Shown piece by piece: positions 53,101-62,674 of a stretch of 64,000 nt of DNA. The stretch lies in NCBI GenBank assembly GCA_963745075.1, contig CAVUWV010000015.1, positions 1 through 64,000 on the forward strand, written 5' to 3'. The position numbers and the translations under genes are program-made. The DNA is from Candidatus Hydrogenedentota bacterium (GTDB lineage: Bacteria; Hydrogenedentota; Hydrogenedentia; Hydrogenedentales; SLHB01). Position 1 is the first letter of the stretch, and the number at the start of each line of letters is the position of its first letter. The notes beneath the pieces are model-generated. The model ran no database searches and was not told the origin of the DNA. It worked only from the letters and a program-made list of their open reading frames with translations.

Positions 53101-53169
53101 GGCTGGGAGCAGACCATCAGCAAACAGGATTTGGCAAACCTGATCGCGTACCTGACGTCGCTCAAATAG
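50152..53169 (+). CDS. PVC-type heme-binding CxxCH protein (dehydrogenase-like propeller, HEAT-like repeats, cytochrome c)
   Basis: AAEPLVRDPIAMAFDEQGRLFVVEM, WFRPV...GPDGNLYVADMYR, RGRIYR, CSKCH, GPDL, MPEG. Confidence 0.88.
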   Translation: MYLTNIRLSRNAVLAVCLCVAPVFAVAQDATAEKDSVDRDYSEELPRIPPTEPQDALSTFKVRPGFQMELVAAEPLVRDPIAMAFDEQGRLFVVEMRGYSEERDENIGEIRMLEDMDGDGIYDKASTYVGGLAWPTAVACYDGGVFVGVPPDILYCKDTDGDGQADTKEVVFTGFNLTNVQGLLNTFLWGLDARIHGATSSSGADVRPADDLSRLPISLRGRDFSFDPKTRDFRPESGGGQHGMSFNDWGRKFVCSNSDHIQLVMFDDAYIDRNPYLAAPGPRVSIAVDGPAADVFRISPVEPWRIVRTRLRVKGLVPGPVEGGGTAAGYFTSATGITIYRGDAWPEEYRGNAIIGDVGGNLIHRKVISPNGVELSAQRAKGEEKVEFIASKDIWFRPVQFANGPDGNLYVADMYREVIEHPDSLPPVIKKHLDLNAGRDRGRIYRIVPTDFEQPTIPNLGAASSQDLVKLLDHPNEWHRETAARLLYEREAKDVAPDIRKLFANSTSPAGRIQALHTLANLGALDPDTISKGLKDIDSHVREHAVQLSEPLLPDNGSLRNQVIALATDPDLLVQYQVAFSLGECKGSDRNRALAGIARQHSDDRWFKLAVLSSAVYGSGEVFAALADDADYRASDAGRSFLEDLALQVGATGLESDVALALQRIDGLPSGEDALAQNAVRGLIQGMKQAGKGGQAQSVLAKSERAEALLAQMLASAHDVAGDTDQVVAKRVDAIQTMAFDTYENSRDLLFSLLDQRQPVEVQRAALATLRKFDNLEIAKAILDAWPGMTPPLRAQAVEALFSREPWLVAMLDAIEDGSFRAANLDSVRVRSLLAYDNADIKTQAQAAFADYDLGSRQDIVDAYQDVLNMKGDPGRGKAVFTENCSKCHRLQGVGFEVGPDLSTVAQAGPDKILTNVLDPNREVNPQYVNYTIDTTDWESHSGIIASETATSITLKRANGETDTVLRVNIEDIKSDNLTIMPEGWEQTISKQDLANLIAYLTSLK

Positions 53170-53190
53170 GTCCGCGAAGGAGAATGCAGT

Positions 53191-53931
53191 ATGGCACAGC
53201 ACGGTGCGAGGACGAGCAATTGGCGCGTTAGGACCGTTGTTCATGCCTTGGGTGTTATCGGTCTATGCACGATAACCACCGCATGCTGGCCGCGAACTAA
53301 ACCGAGTGATACCGCCGACGTAACGAAAGCAGTGCCCGCAGAAGCCACCGTTCCGGCGGTTAATATTGTACCTGTATCACCGATTAATTTTACGGTACGG
53401 AGTCAGAATCCGGATTTTCAGAGTGCGATCGGCGAGTTGTCCAACGACTTGGGTCTGCGTTTCTCGCCGATGGACAATCTGCCTGGCGCTTATCAGGCGA
53501 CGGCCTCGTACTCGAGTGTCGAAGAGAATCTGTTGCAATGGCATCAGGCCGCGCTGAAACACGGAGCCTTTCTGTTTCGGATCGACTGTAATTTCGGGTT
53601 CAGCGATCGGCCGGACGTCGTGACGGTGCTGCCCACCACGGACAAGTACGAAGTCCTCCAGGCAGTGGGAACCGACGGTGTGAATTTTGAAGTGGACAAT
53701 GCCGCGGTCATCGCCTGGTTGCGCACGATGGAAGAGCAGAATCCCTTTACCTTGACCGGTGCGGGGCCGGACTTTGTGGAAGGTTACTTCGTTTCCCCGC
53801 CGCAGAACGCGCCGGCCTTAGCGAAGCGGATGTATGAGTTTTGCCCGGACATCGTCGATCAGGGCACCGGTACGGTCGAGGCCCTTGCAAACGAAGTGGC
53901 CAAGGGCAAGCTCTACTTGTGGTGGGACTGA
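53191..53931 (+). CDS. DUF4253-like lipoprotein
   Basis: TTAC lipobox-like motif; C-terminal FCPDIVDQG...LWWD. Confidence 0.75.
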   Translation: MAQHGARTSNWRVRTVVHALGVIGLCTITTACWPRTKPSDTADVTKAVPAEATVPAVNIVPVSPINFTVRSQNPDFQSAIGELSNDLGLRFSPMDNLPGAYQATASYSSVEENLLQWHQAALKHGAFLFRIDCNFGFSDRPDVVTVLPTTDKYEVLQAVGTDGVNFEVDNAAVIAWLRTMEEQNPFTLTGAGPDFVEGYFVSPPQNAPALAKRMYEFCPDIVDQGTGTVEALANEVAKGKLYLWWD

Positions 53932-53946
53932 AGTTTAGGAACAAAC

Positions 53947-54921
53947 ATGGATAGGTCGGTGAAGAACCAGAGCAACCAACATCCAACCCTAACCCGCCGC
54001 CGTTTTTTCGGCTCGGCCGCCGCCCTCGCCGCGGCGACCGTTGCCAGAAGTCAGGAAACGCAAGAAACCCCGGCAAAGCCGGGCCCCTTCTTCGACATCC
54101 ACACGCACCTCGGACAAAAGTGGGGCAACCGTCCTCCAATGGACGCGGAACGGCTCCTCAAGTGGATGGACGATCATAACGTCGCGCAAGCCGCCGTGCT
54201 GCCACTCGTTTCGCCGGAGTCCTGGGACCATGTCCTGACGCCTGACTTTGTGCTCAAGCAAACCGAGCCATACCGCGACCGGCTCATTCCCTTCTGCGCC
54301 ATCGACCCCCGCACCATCAACTTGAACGGTTACAAGGCCAAGCTTGATTTGATGCTTCGTTACAAGGAAGCGGGCGCACGCGGTTTCGGCGAACACAAAT
54401 GCGGCATTCCGATCAATGATCCGCGCAATCTGGAAATCTTCGCGGGTTGTGCCGAAGCAAGACTCCCCGTGCTTATCCACATCGACAACAACCGCAATAT
54501 GGACAAACCGGGGCTTCCCGGATTGGCCAAGATGTTGGAACAGATACCGGACGGCATCTTCATCGGTCACGCAAACGGTTGGTGGGCCAATATTTCCGGC
54601 GACTGTACGCAGGACGATATGGGCTCGTATCCCGACCGCCCCGTAACGCCCGGCGGCGGAATCGACGCCTTGATGGACCGCTTCCCCAACATCTATGGCG
54701 ACTTGTCCGCGGGCAGCGGCGCGAACGCGATTACGCGCGACAGCGACTTCGGGCGCGATTTTGTGATTCGACGGGCCGATCGGCTTCTCTTCGGAACCGA
54801 TTACCTCGCACCCGGACAGAAGGTTGCGCAATTCGATTTGTACAGTGGAATGGACTTGCCGGACGACGTGCAAGCCTCCGTGTTTCGGGACAACGCCCGG
54901 ACCTTATTAGGGCTTCAATAA
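53947..54921 (+). CDS. Tat-exported amidohydrolase family protein
   Basis: TRRRFF, DIHTH, GFGEHK, LIH, IGH, LFGTDY. Confidence 0.85.
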   Translation: MDRSVKNQSNQHPTLTRRRFFGSAAALAAATVARSQETQETPAKPGPFFDIHTHLGQKWGNRPPMDAERLLKWMDDHNVAQAAVLPLVSPESWDHVLTPDFVLKQTEPYRDRLIPFCAIDPRTINLNGYKAKLDLMLRYKEAGARGFGEHKCGIPINDPRNLEIFAGCAEARLPVLIHIDNNRNMDKPGLPGLAKMLEQIPDGIFIGHANGWWANISGDCTQDDMGSYPDRPVTPGGGIDALMDRFPNIYGDLSAGSGANAITRDSDFGRDFVIRRADRLLFGTDYLAPGQKVAQFDLYSGMDLPDDVQASVFRDNARTLLGLQ

Positions 54922-54933
54922 GAAGGAAGAATC

Positions 54934-55854
54934 ATGCGCAAGAATGGATTTACCCTCATCGAACTGCTGGTGGTCATCGCGATCATCGGCATCCTGGCAG
55001 CGATTCTCTTGCCTGCCCTGGCCCGTGCGCGGGAAGCCGCGCGCCGGGCGTCGTGTCAGAATAATCTCAAACAGATGGGCATCATCTTCAAAATGTACGC
55101 GAACGAAAGCCCCGGCGAGGGATACCCCCGCGTTCACGGCGATCAGGCTTTTGGCGCGGCCGCAAACGCCACCGGCTGCGATCCAGACTCCCTTCAGGAC
55201 AAGACAGCCTTCGGTCCGAATATGCCATCGATTTATCCGGAGTACTTGACCGATTTGAACGTGCTTCTTTGTCCTTCGGACCGAGATATTTCTAGCGATA
55301 ACCCGCTTCTGATCGTCACGGATGACGGCAGCGGCACGTGCCAATACAACCACGTCGTGACCTATGCGGACCAAAGCTACAACTACTTGGGCTACGTGCT
55401 CGATCAGGTGGACGCGTCAGACTCGACCGTGACTGCGCCATTTCCCGGCCCGGCGCAGTTGGTGGGATTGTCTCTCATGTTCAGCACCGTTTTGTTCAAT
55501 ATGGACCCGGCGGACGACAATGTCGCCGACGGAAGCGTGAATCTCGGCGATTACGGGATGGGCGGCCAGGGGTACGGCAACGGCGGCAGCGATACGATCA
55601 ACCGTATTCGCGAAGGTATCGAGCGGTTTTTGATCACCGATATCAACAATCCCGCCGGTTCGGCCAAAGGCCAGACGGAACTTCCCATTATGTGGGACAA
55701 AATCAGTACCAATCCGACCGGTGGTATCGGCTACAATCACATTCCGGGTGGCTGCAATACGCTCTATCTGGACGGACACGTCGAATTCATCAAGTACGGA
55801 GAAACGTACCCGGCGACGCGTTCCAACGCGACCTTGAATTCGCTGTTCGAATAA
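54934..55854 (+). CDS. Prepilin-type N-methylation / DUF1559-like (H-X9-DG) protein
   Basis: [61 protein letters not shown]. Confidence 0.9.
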   Translation: MRKNGFTLIELLVVIAIIGILAAILLPALARAREAARRASCQNNLKQMGIIFKMYANESPGEGYPRVHGDQAFGAAANATGCDPDSLQDKTAFGPNMPSIYPEYLTDLNVLLCPSDRDISSDNPLLIVTDDGSGTCQYNHVVTYADQSYNYLGYVLDQVDASDSTVTAPFPGPAQLVGLSLMFSTVLFNMDPADDNVADGSVNLGDYGMGGQGYGNGGSDTINRIREGIERFLITDINNPAGSAKGQTELPIMWDKISTNPTGGIGYNHIPGGCNTLYLDGHVEFIKYGETYPATRSNATLNSLFE

Positions 55855-55862
55855 ACGAGGAG

Positions 55863-56747
55863 ATGGCAATGTGCGGGATTCGTCGTGAGCTTTCACGTCG
55901 CGAGTGGCTGCAACAATCGGCCCTCGCGACGGGCGGGGTCGCATTTTCATCCATAACGGCTCGCGCCCAGGATGCGAGTGCGATCCCACGCTTCCGGATC
56001 GGCGCGTGCGACTGGTCGCTGGGAAAACAATGCGACGTGGGTGCGTTCGCCGTCGCCAAGGAACTGGGGCTTGACGGCGTGCAGGTCAGCCTTGGCACCG
56101 AAGCCAACGATATGCAACTGCGGCGCGCGGACATTCAGCAGCAGTATCGCGATGCGGCGAAAGAACAAGGTGTGGCAATTGCCTCGTTGGCCATCGGCGA
56201 GATGAACCGTATCCCGTACAAAAGCGATCCCCGCGCGGAACAATGGGTGCGCGACAGCATTGACGTTTGTACCGCGCTCGGCGTAAACGTCGTGCTGTTG
56301 GCCTTCTTCAGTAACGGCGATCTGCGCGACGACCCCCAGGGCATCGACACGGTCGTCGAACGCCTCAAACGCGTTGCGCCGAAGGCCGAAGATGCTGGAG
56401 TCTACTTGGGTATCGAGTCGTGGCTCAGCGGACCGCAACACATGGAAATCATTAACCGCGTCGGGTCGCCGAACGTGAAGGTCTACTACGATCTCGGCAA
56501 CAGCCATTTGCGCGGGTACGACATCTACCAGGAAATCCGCGACCTCGGCCTGGAACACATCTGCGAGTTTCACGCCAAAGATTACGACAACATCTTCGGG
56601 CAGGGGAAAGTGGACTTCGTCAAAGCCCGCAAGGCCATGGACGACATCGGTTACCGCGGTTGGATCCAGATTGAAGGCGCCAAACCACTCGGCTTCATGG
56701 AAAGTTACACCGCCGACTGCAAGTACCTGCGGAGCGTGTTTTCGTAG
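55863..56747 (+). CDS. Tat-exported sugar-phosphate isomerase/epimerase (xylose-isomerase-like TIM barrel)
   Basis: SRREWL, GLDGVQ, LGIE, YYDLGN, HAKD, GYRGWIQIE. Confidence 0.82.
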   Translation: MAMCGIRRELSRREWLQQSALATGGVAFSSITARAQDASAIPRFRIGACDWSLGKQCDVGAFAVAKELGLDGVQVSLGTEANDMQLRRADIQQQYRDAAKEQGVAIASLAIGEMNRIPYKSDPRAEQWVRDSIDVCTALGVNVVLLAFFSNGDLRDDPQGIDTVVERLKRVAPKAEDAGVYLGIESWLSGPQHMEIINRVGSPNVKVYYDLGNSHLRGYDIYQEIRDLGLEHICEFHAKDYDNIFGQGKVDFVKARKAMDDIGYRGWIQIEGAKPLGFMESYTADCKYLRSVFS

Positions 56748-56768
56748 ATCGCTAAGTGGTACCCCTAC

Positions 56769-57857
56769 CTACCGACGCTCGAACCGGCCAACGGGATAGC
56801 CTTCGCGGTACGAGATAATGTACGTGCCGTTTGGCGTTTCGTAGCGCACGTCCTCATCCCGGCGGTCAAAGTCGGACGGCGTGGTGCGGACCTTCGCGTC
56901 GGGACTGTCCGGAAGCAGGTATTGTTCGGCAAATCTGCTGACGATTTTCGTGCGGTTCCCTAAACTGTGTCCCGTCGTCGTCAGGATCTCGCCGTCCAAG
57001 TCCGCATCCGTGATAAAATGCGGTTCCACATCCAGCCCGGCATCTTGCATGTTCTGCGCCATCTCGCGGGCGAGTTCCGGCAAACACGCGTCGTCCGTTG
57101 TGCCATGCACGATCACGATCTTCGTGGAGTTGTCGAGCGCTTTCATTTGCGCCAAATGCGCCGGATTCCCGACGAACCGGATGGCCTGAGCGTCCGCGTT
57201 CAGATAGCGGGGATCGTCCGGATTCGGGCTGTATCCGGCATCGAGCTTGCTTCCGTCCGGCAAATGAAATGCTACGTCGTCGCTCAGTTTCGGCATGCCG
57301 CAGATATCGATGATGCACGCGAAGGTGCGCGGTGCGAACTTGTTCTCCATGAGGGTGACGTTGCCGCCCCCCGAACCGCCGGTGGAGAAAATGCGCCCTT
57401 TGGCAAATGGCATCTTGGCTTGCTCCAGCCCGTCCCAGACGTAGTAGAGAGCACGCAACGCGTCCAAGGCTTGATAGTAGCCGTGATCGTAGGGAACACC
57501 CAATTCCGCATCGTACTTACCACTCTGCACGTAGTCCACGTCGATCGCAACGACGTTGAATTCGTGGGCCAGGACCTTCGGATCCGGTGCGCCATCCGCG
57601 CCCATGCCGCCCCAGTTGTGCAGGCTCAGCATCAGGCCCGTCCGCTCGCCCACGTGACCCAATTCGCCGCCGGGATACGAGAGATAGACCCGAATCGTTC
57701 TGGGTCCAGGTTCCCGAGGCCAATCCTGGGCATCGATGTTCACTTCGCCATCGACAGCGGGAAGGGGAGGTGTCTCAGCCAAAGCGAAACTCGACAACGC
57801 GAACAGGAAAACTATGCCAGCACAGTATCCGGCAGCGATCCACCCACTTTTTCTCAT
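56769..57857 (-). CDS. Secreted alpha/beta hydrolase (DUF2920-like)
   Basis: Signal peptide, LHNWGG, QALDALRAL, GGSGGG, VHGTTD, GHS. Confidence 0.65.
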   Translation of the reverse strand: MRKSGWIAAGYCAGIVFLFALSSFALAETPPLPAVDGEVNIDAQDWPREPGPRTIRVYLSYPGGELGHVGERTGLMLSLHNWGGMGADGAPDPKVLAHEFNVVAIDVDYVQSGKYDAELGVPYDHGYYQALDALRALYYVWDGLEQAKMPFAKGRIFSTGGSGGGNVTLMENKFAPRTFACIIDICGMPKLSDDVAFHLPDGSKLDAGYSPNPDDPRYLNADAQAIRFVGNPAHLAQMKALDNSTKIVIVHGTTDDACLPELAREMAQNMQDAGLDVEPHFITDADLDGEILTTTGHSLGNRTKIVSRFAEQYLLPDSPDAKVRTTPSDFDRRDEDVRYETPNGTYIISYREGYPVGRFERR

Positions 57858-57878
57858 TCAACTTTCCCTTGGCCCACA

Positions 57879-57911
57879 GTCCATCCTGTCCACAAAGTCC
57901 ATCTGGCCCAT
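57879..57911. repeat. 9-nt-period tandem GTCCAY repeat
   Basis: gtccat (57879), gtccac (57888), gtccat (57897), gcccat (57906). Confidence 0.55.
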
Positions 57912-57932
57912 CACGCTCACGCAATGCCCCTG

Positions 57933-58457
57933 TTATCCGCCAAGCGCGTCGCAAAACGCCTTGTGCACGTCGTCCGTGAAAAGCACAAACCGCACCATAT
58001 CGATGCTGTCGTGTCCCTCGAGAAACTCCCGCACTGTCTCGATAGCAATCTTCGCCGCGTCTGGAATCGGATACCCATATACACCGCAACTGATCGCCGG
58101 AAACGCCACACGGCGGGCACCGTTTTCTTCGGCCAGCTCCAGGCTCCGCCGATAGCAGCTCGCCAGCAACTCGGGCTCTCCGTGTTCTCCGTCCCGGTAG
58201 ACAGGCCCGACCGCGTGGATAACGTACTTCGCGGGTAGATTACCGCCCGTCGTGATTTTTGCGTCCCCGGTGTCGCATCCGCCCAGTTCGCGGCACTCGG
58301 CCATGATGTCCGGTCCGCCGGCCCGATGAATCGCGCCGTCGACTCCGCCGCCGCCACGGAGCCCGGAGTTGGCCGCGTTCACAATGGCGTCCACGTATTC
58401 CTTCGTGATGTCGCTTTGGACGATTTCGATGATTGCCTTGTTCACATGGGTCTTCAC
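57933..58457 (-). CDS. ymdB: Macrodomain O-acetyl-ADP-ribose deacetylase (YmdB-like)
   Basis: DIT...DAIVNAAN...GGGGVDGAIHRAGG, VIHAVGP, AFPAISCGVYGYP. Confidence 0.92.
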   Translation of the reverse strand: MKTHVNKAIIEIVQSDITKEYVDAIVNAANSGLRGGGGVDGAIHRAGGPDIMAECRELGGCDTGDAKITTGGNLPAKYVIHAVGPVYRDGEHGEPELLASCYRRSLELAEENGARRVAFPAISCGVYGYPIPDAAKIAIETVREFLEGHDSIDMVRFVLFTDDVHKAFCDALGG

Positions 58458-58481
58458 GATTTCATCTCCCGCTCGCGGAAC

Positions 58482-58874
58482 TCAAAAATCGGGCGGCTGC
58501 CGCTTAATACCGACGCTGGACTCGAGTTCGTCTTCGACCTGCGCCGGGTCAACTGCATTGACCAGGACCAAGTTCCGGAGGTGCGTGTAGCTCTCATCGT
58601 CGATCTCGGCGAATTCCAAGGCCAAATGCCCGGGCTCGCACCGGGTCACGGTTCCCTTCGCCGTGATTCGAATCGGCGGTTCGGCGCCCGGCAGCACCAA
58701 GGTCACTTCGCACGTTTGTCCTTCCGCACACTTTGCGTCTAGGGAAAGTTGGAGACCGCTCAAGCTGAGGTCAACCAGCCGGCCTCCCATCGTTTGACCG
58801 TCGGGCGCGGTCAACTCCGCGATGATATCAGTATGGATCCGGGTGAAATCACGTTGATCGTCGGGATCATGCAT
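58482..58874 (-). CDS. PilZ domain protein
   Basis: QRDFTR (RxxxR) and DLSLSG (DxSxxG). Confidence 0.85.
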   Translation of the reverse strand: MHDPDDQRDFTRIHTDIIAELTAPDGQTMGGRLVDLSLSGLQLSLDAKCAEGQTCEVTLVLPGAEPPIRITAKGTVTRCEPGHLALEFAEIDDESYTHLRNLVLVNAVDPAQVEDELESSVGIKRQPPDF

Positions 58875-58934
58875 AGATGCCTCCTCCCATTCGGCCCGAT
58901 TTTAGTATATCACGGGCTCGATATGCCCCGAGAT

Positions 58935-59687
58935 CTATGCGGGTTCCGTGTCCTTCAGCCTACGGAGAAGCCGGCGTTGCCGTTCCAGGAACGTGCTGAC
59001 GAAATCGGTCGCGGGCGACTGCAGTATCTCTTCCGGCGTGCCGATTTGGTGGCAATGCCCATCCTTCAATACGGCAATTCGATCGGCGAGATCGAGAGCT
59101 TCTTCTTGATCGTGCGTGACGTAAATGGCCGTGATGCCCAACCGCTTCTGGAGTTCCGCAAGCTCCTCGCGTGTGGCATAACGCAACTCCGCATCCAGGT
59201 TGCTTAGGGGCTCATCGAGCAACAGAATCGCCGGATGCACAGCCAGGGAACGCGCCAATGCGACCCGTTGCTGTTGACCGCCACTCAGATCCGTGACCGG
59301 GCGGCTTCGCACTCCATCCAGTTGGACGCGTTGCAGCGCTTCATCAACCCGCGCGCCAATTGTGTCTTTCGGCATCCCGCGCGCGCGCAAGCCAAAGGCC
59401 ACATTGTCGAACACGTTCATATGGGGAAAGAGCGCATAGCTTTGAAAGACCATCGCCGCGTTGCGGCGCTCGGGCGGCAATGCGGTCACATCCTGCCCAT
59501 CGAAGTAGAGCCGGCCGCTGTCCGGGGTTTCCAGGCCCGCTATCACGCGGAGAGTGGTCGTTTTTCCGCATCCGCTCGGCCCCAACAACGCAAAGAATTC
59601 GCCCTGCCGGATCTCGCAACTGAAATCGCGGATTCCGCCGCCTTCCGCGTAAACGCGTGTGATACCGTCGCAATGAACCGCGCTCAT
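58935..59687 (-). CDS. ABC ATPase (Fe3+/polyamine type), short
   Basis: [42 protein letters not shown]. Confidence 0.92.
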   Translation of the reverse strand: MSAVHCDGITRVYAEGGGIRDFSCEIRQGEFFALLGPSGCGKTTTLRVIAGLETPDSGRLYFDGQDVTALPPERRNAAMVFQSYALFPHMNVFDNVAFGLRARGMPKDTIGARVDEALQRVQLDGVRSRPVTDLSGGQQQRVALARSLAVHPAILLLDEPLSNLDAELRYATREELAELQKRLGITAIYVTHDQEEALDLADRIAVLKDGHCHQIGTPEEILQSPATDFVSTFLERQRRLLRRLKDTEPA

Positions 59688-60679
59688 GGGGCGTTGTACA
59701 CCTCATTCTCCCAGCGCGCGCACCACCGCTTTTCGTTTTTTGCGAACGTGGTCCAGTCGATCTTCATGGCGTCGATACGGAGTTTCGCGATCCAGTCCGG
59801 CAACGTGGCGGGATCCAGATCCGTGCGCGTCGGCACCTTGGAATAGGCCTTGGCCTGTTGCGCCAGCGATTCGGGGCTGGTCACGAACTCGTAGAACTTC
59901 TGCGCCCATTCCGGATGAGGCGCGCCTTTGATAATGGCAATCCCTTCGGTCAACACCGGCGTTTGCGGGGGCACCACACAGTCGAGGGGAAACCCGTTTC
60001 GTTCCCGCTGCAACGCCACGTCGGGCATAAGCCATACGCTGACCAAGTCCTCTTGTTTCTTCATGTGGTCGAAAAGAAGTTGCGGATTCTCCAGGTAGGC
60101 TTCGCACTGTTTATGGAGTTTCCGCAACCATGCAATACCGGCGTCTTCGTTGGGCGCCCGCAGGATCATTGCGCCGATGAACGTGCGCATGGTACCCGAA
60201 GGTAAAGGTTTTCGCAGGGTGATTTTCCCCTTCCATTCCGGCGCAAGCAGATCGTCCCAGGTCTGAGGAACCTGGTCGGCGGTGTAGTGACGGTTGTTGT
60301 ACATGATGGCGAGCGGCGACCGGTACGTGCCATACCAGCGATCTTCCGCGTCTTTGTAATCCGCTTCCACCGCGTTTGCCCACGTGGGTCGATAGGGTTC
60401 CAGCAGATCTTCTTGCGCCGCTTGCATGAACATCGTCGACGGACCGCCCCACCAGATGTCGCCCTGTGGACGCGACTTTTCCGCTTTGACCCGGCTGTAC
60501 ACTTCCTGCGAGCCGGCGTCCACCCATTGCACGTCGACCTGCGGATACGCCGCTTCGAACCGCGCCTCGTAATCTTTCAGGATATCCGGTCCATGGGGAC
60601 TGTACACGACCACGACTTCGCGGGAAGAACAACCCGCCATCACCAGAGCAACCAACGCAGCAAACAATCGAATCTTCAT
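59684..60679 (-). CDS. ABC substrate-binding lipoprotein (Fe3+/polyamine/phosphonate-type family)
   Basis: MAGC lipobox, VYS, DIWWGG, PQTWDDLL...WKGKI, IIKGAPHPE. Confidence 0.85.
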   Translation of the reverse strand: MKIRLFAALVALVMAGCSSREVVVVYSPHGPDILKDYEARFEAAYPQVDVQWVDAGSQEVYSRVKAEKSRPQGDIWWGGPSTMFMQAAQEDLLEPYRPTWANAVEADYKDAEDRWYGTYRSPLAIMYNNRHYTADQVPQTWDDLLAPEWKGKITLRKPLPSGTMRTFIGAMILRAPNEDAGIAWLRKLHKQCEAYLENPQLLFDHMKKQEDLVSVWLMPDVALQRERNGFPLDCVVPPQTPVLTEGIAIIKGAPHPEWAQKFYEFVTSPESLAQQAKAYSKVPTRTDLDPATLPDWIAKLRIDAMKIDWTTFAKNEKRWCARWENEVYNAP

Positions 60680-61914
60680 TCTTTCACCTGTCTTTCAACA
60701 GCTTCCAGCGCGCATGGAATTGGAACCGGCGGCGCAACCAGATTCCGGATCGCGTCAAGGTCTTTAATGCCCGTGCCCGTGATGATACAGCACACCCGCG
60801 TGTCGTTCCCGTTCCGCGGCACCTGGTTCAACGCCGCAATGACGACCGCGCAACTCGGTTCGCAGAGAATCCCCTCCGTCGAAGCCAGCAGCAATTCTCC
60901 CGCGATGATCTCATCGTCGGTCACCGTCGGCGCGACCCCGTTGGTCGTCCGTATCGCAGGAAGTACCGTATGCCCGTCAAAGATAATGTCGTCCGCGATG
61001 CCGCCTGCAATAGTTTTCGGGTTTGGCCACGGCGTCTTTAATGTCTCCAAAAACGGCGTTCCCATAGCGATGGCCTGTTTGACGGGTGCGCAGCCTGCCG
61101 CTTGTACACCTGCTAAGCGCGGGATCTTCTTCACGAGGCCCATGCGTTCGAGGTCCAGGATGCCCCGCCAGATTCCGCCTAAGAGCCCGCCGCCACCCAC
61201 CGGCGCAACGATCCAATCCGGCAAACTTCCGCCGTTCTGGTGATATAACTCGTACGCAATGGTCTTCGAGCCCTCTACGTTATACGGTTCATGCATGCCG
61301 GACGTGGACAGGTGATACCACCCGAACCGATCGCAGGCCGCGATGCACAATTCGAAAACTGCGCCCGCCGAGGGACTGTCCACGCACAACACCTTCGCGC
61401 CGTATGCCGACGCTTGGGCGATCTTCCCCGGGGCCGCCATGCCGTGCATGAACAATACCGCGCGCATGCCTGCCCGCGCCGCATAGGCAGCCGTCGCACA
61501 TGCGACGTTGCCCGACGAAACCACGGCGACCGTGTCGAATCCCAACTCCCGCGCGTGCGTGATTCCCACGGAAACTTGCCGGTCTTTGAACGATCCCGTC
61601 GGGTTAGAGGTCTCGTTCTTCAGCGTGACGTGTCCAAAACCGTACTTTGCGGCCAGCCGCGGCGCTTCGACCAACCGCGTCGCGCCTTCGCCCAAAGACA
61701 CGATCGAGCCGGCATCCGCGATGGGGAGATACTCCTGATAATGCCAAAGTGACTTCGGTGGGGATTCAAAAGTGCTCGGGTCACCGTCCCCGCGAAACCG
61801 GAGGCTGTAGGGTTCGCCGCAGCTTCTGCACGTTGCGCCGCGCGGCTCCGTCGATGCGGTGTGCCCGCAACCGTAGCAGTAAAACTCGAACTGGGATCGA
61901 ATGCGATCGTTCAT
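60676..61914 (-). CDS. Threonine-synthase-like PLP enzyme
   Basis: N-terminal CxxC...CxxC, SLGEGAT, NPTGSFKDR, SSGN, PVGGGG, CEPSCA, TGTGIKD. Confidence 0.85.
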   Translation of the reverse strand: MNDRIRSQFEFYCYGCGHTASTEPRGATCRSCGEPYSLRFRGDGDPSTFESPPKSLWHYQEYLPIADAGSIVSLGEGATRLVEAPRLAAKYGFGHVTLKNETSNPTGSFKDRQVSVGITHARELGFDTVAVVSSGNVACATAAYAARAGMRAVLFMHGMAAPGKIAQASAYGAKVLCVDSPSAGAVFELCIAACDRFGWYHLSTSGMHEPYNVEGSKTIAYELYHQNGGSLPDWIVAPVGGGGLLGGIWRGILDLERMGLVKKIPRLAGVQAAGCAPVKQAIAMGTPFLETLKTPWPNPKTIAGGIADDIIFDGHTVLPAIRTTNGVAPTVTDDEIIAGELLLASTEGILCEPSCAVVIAALNQVPRNGNDTRVCCIITGTGIKDLDAIRNLVAPPVPIPCALEAVERQVKE

Positions 61915-61960
61915 AGCCGCCTATTCTGGCAAATTGCGGCGAGAGGTACAACGCCCGGCA

Positions 61961-62674
61961 TCAGCGGAAGAGGGACACTTTCAGGAGTTTCCGATAGATT
62001 CGGAACGAATCGCGAAACTTGTTGAAGTGAGAGGAGGGATTGCCTTCCTCGTAGATCGTCTGAATCGGCGCGGTTGTGACCCGGAATCCGGCACGAACGG
62101 CTTTTACGAGAATCTCCATCTCTGTCTCGTAGCGTCCGCCGGGAATTTCCCCAACCACAAACTCCAGCAATCGCCGCGAGTGCAGACGAAAACCGGATTG
62201 CGTGTCGCTGATGCGCTGTCCCAGCAAGATCCGGGTGATTCCCGCGGTGAGCTTGTTTCCAAATCGGCTACGCCAGGGCACGTGCGCCTGATCGAATTCC
62301 CGGGCGCCGATGACAAGATCGGCGTTCTGCTCGACAAAAGCTTCGTACAGTCCGGGCAATTCATTGGGATTGTGTTGCCCGTCCGCATCGACGATCGCCG
62401 CGCAGGTCACGTCCGGAAGGGCCAGCGCTTCTTTGAATCCCCGCATCATGGCGAATCCCTTGCCTTGATTCTCGGGAAAGACGATTACGGTTGCGCCAAG
62501 TTCGCGGAGTGGCTCAGCCGCCCCGTCGGTGCTGCCGTCGTCGACGACGATGACATGGTCGAGGAGTTCGCTCAGGCCCGCAATAACCGGGGCCACCCGC
62601 TCACCCGCATTGAAACAGGGCACCACGGCCGCCACATGTGCTCGCATGTCGCGATCGGGCCCGTCTGGAGTCAT
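61961..62674 (-). CDS. Glycosyltransferase family 2 (DPM-synthase-like)
   Basis: VVPCFN, VVDDGSTD, NQGKG, DADGQH, DTQSGFR; start approximate. Confidence 0.9.
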   Translation of the reverse strand: MTPDGPDRDMRAHVAAVVPCFNAGERVAPVIAGLSELLDHVIVVDDGSTDGAAEPLRELGATVIVFPENQGKGFAMMRGFKEALALPDVTCAAIVDADGQHNPNELPGLYEAFVEQNADLVIGAREFDQAHVPWRSRFGNKLTAGITRILLGQRISDTQSGFRLHSRRLLEFVVGEIPGGRYETEMEILVKAVRAGFRVTTAPIQTIYEEGNPSSHFNKFRDSFRIYRKLLKVSLFR

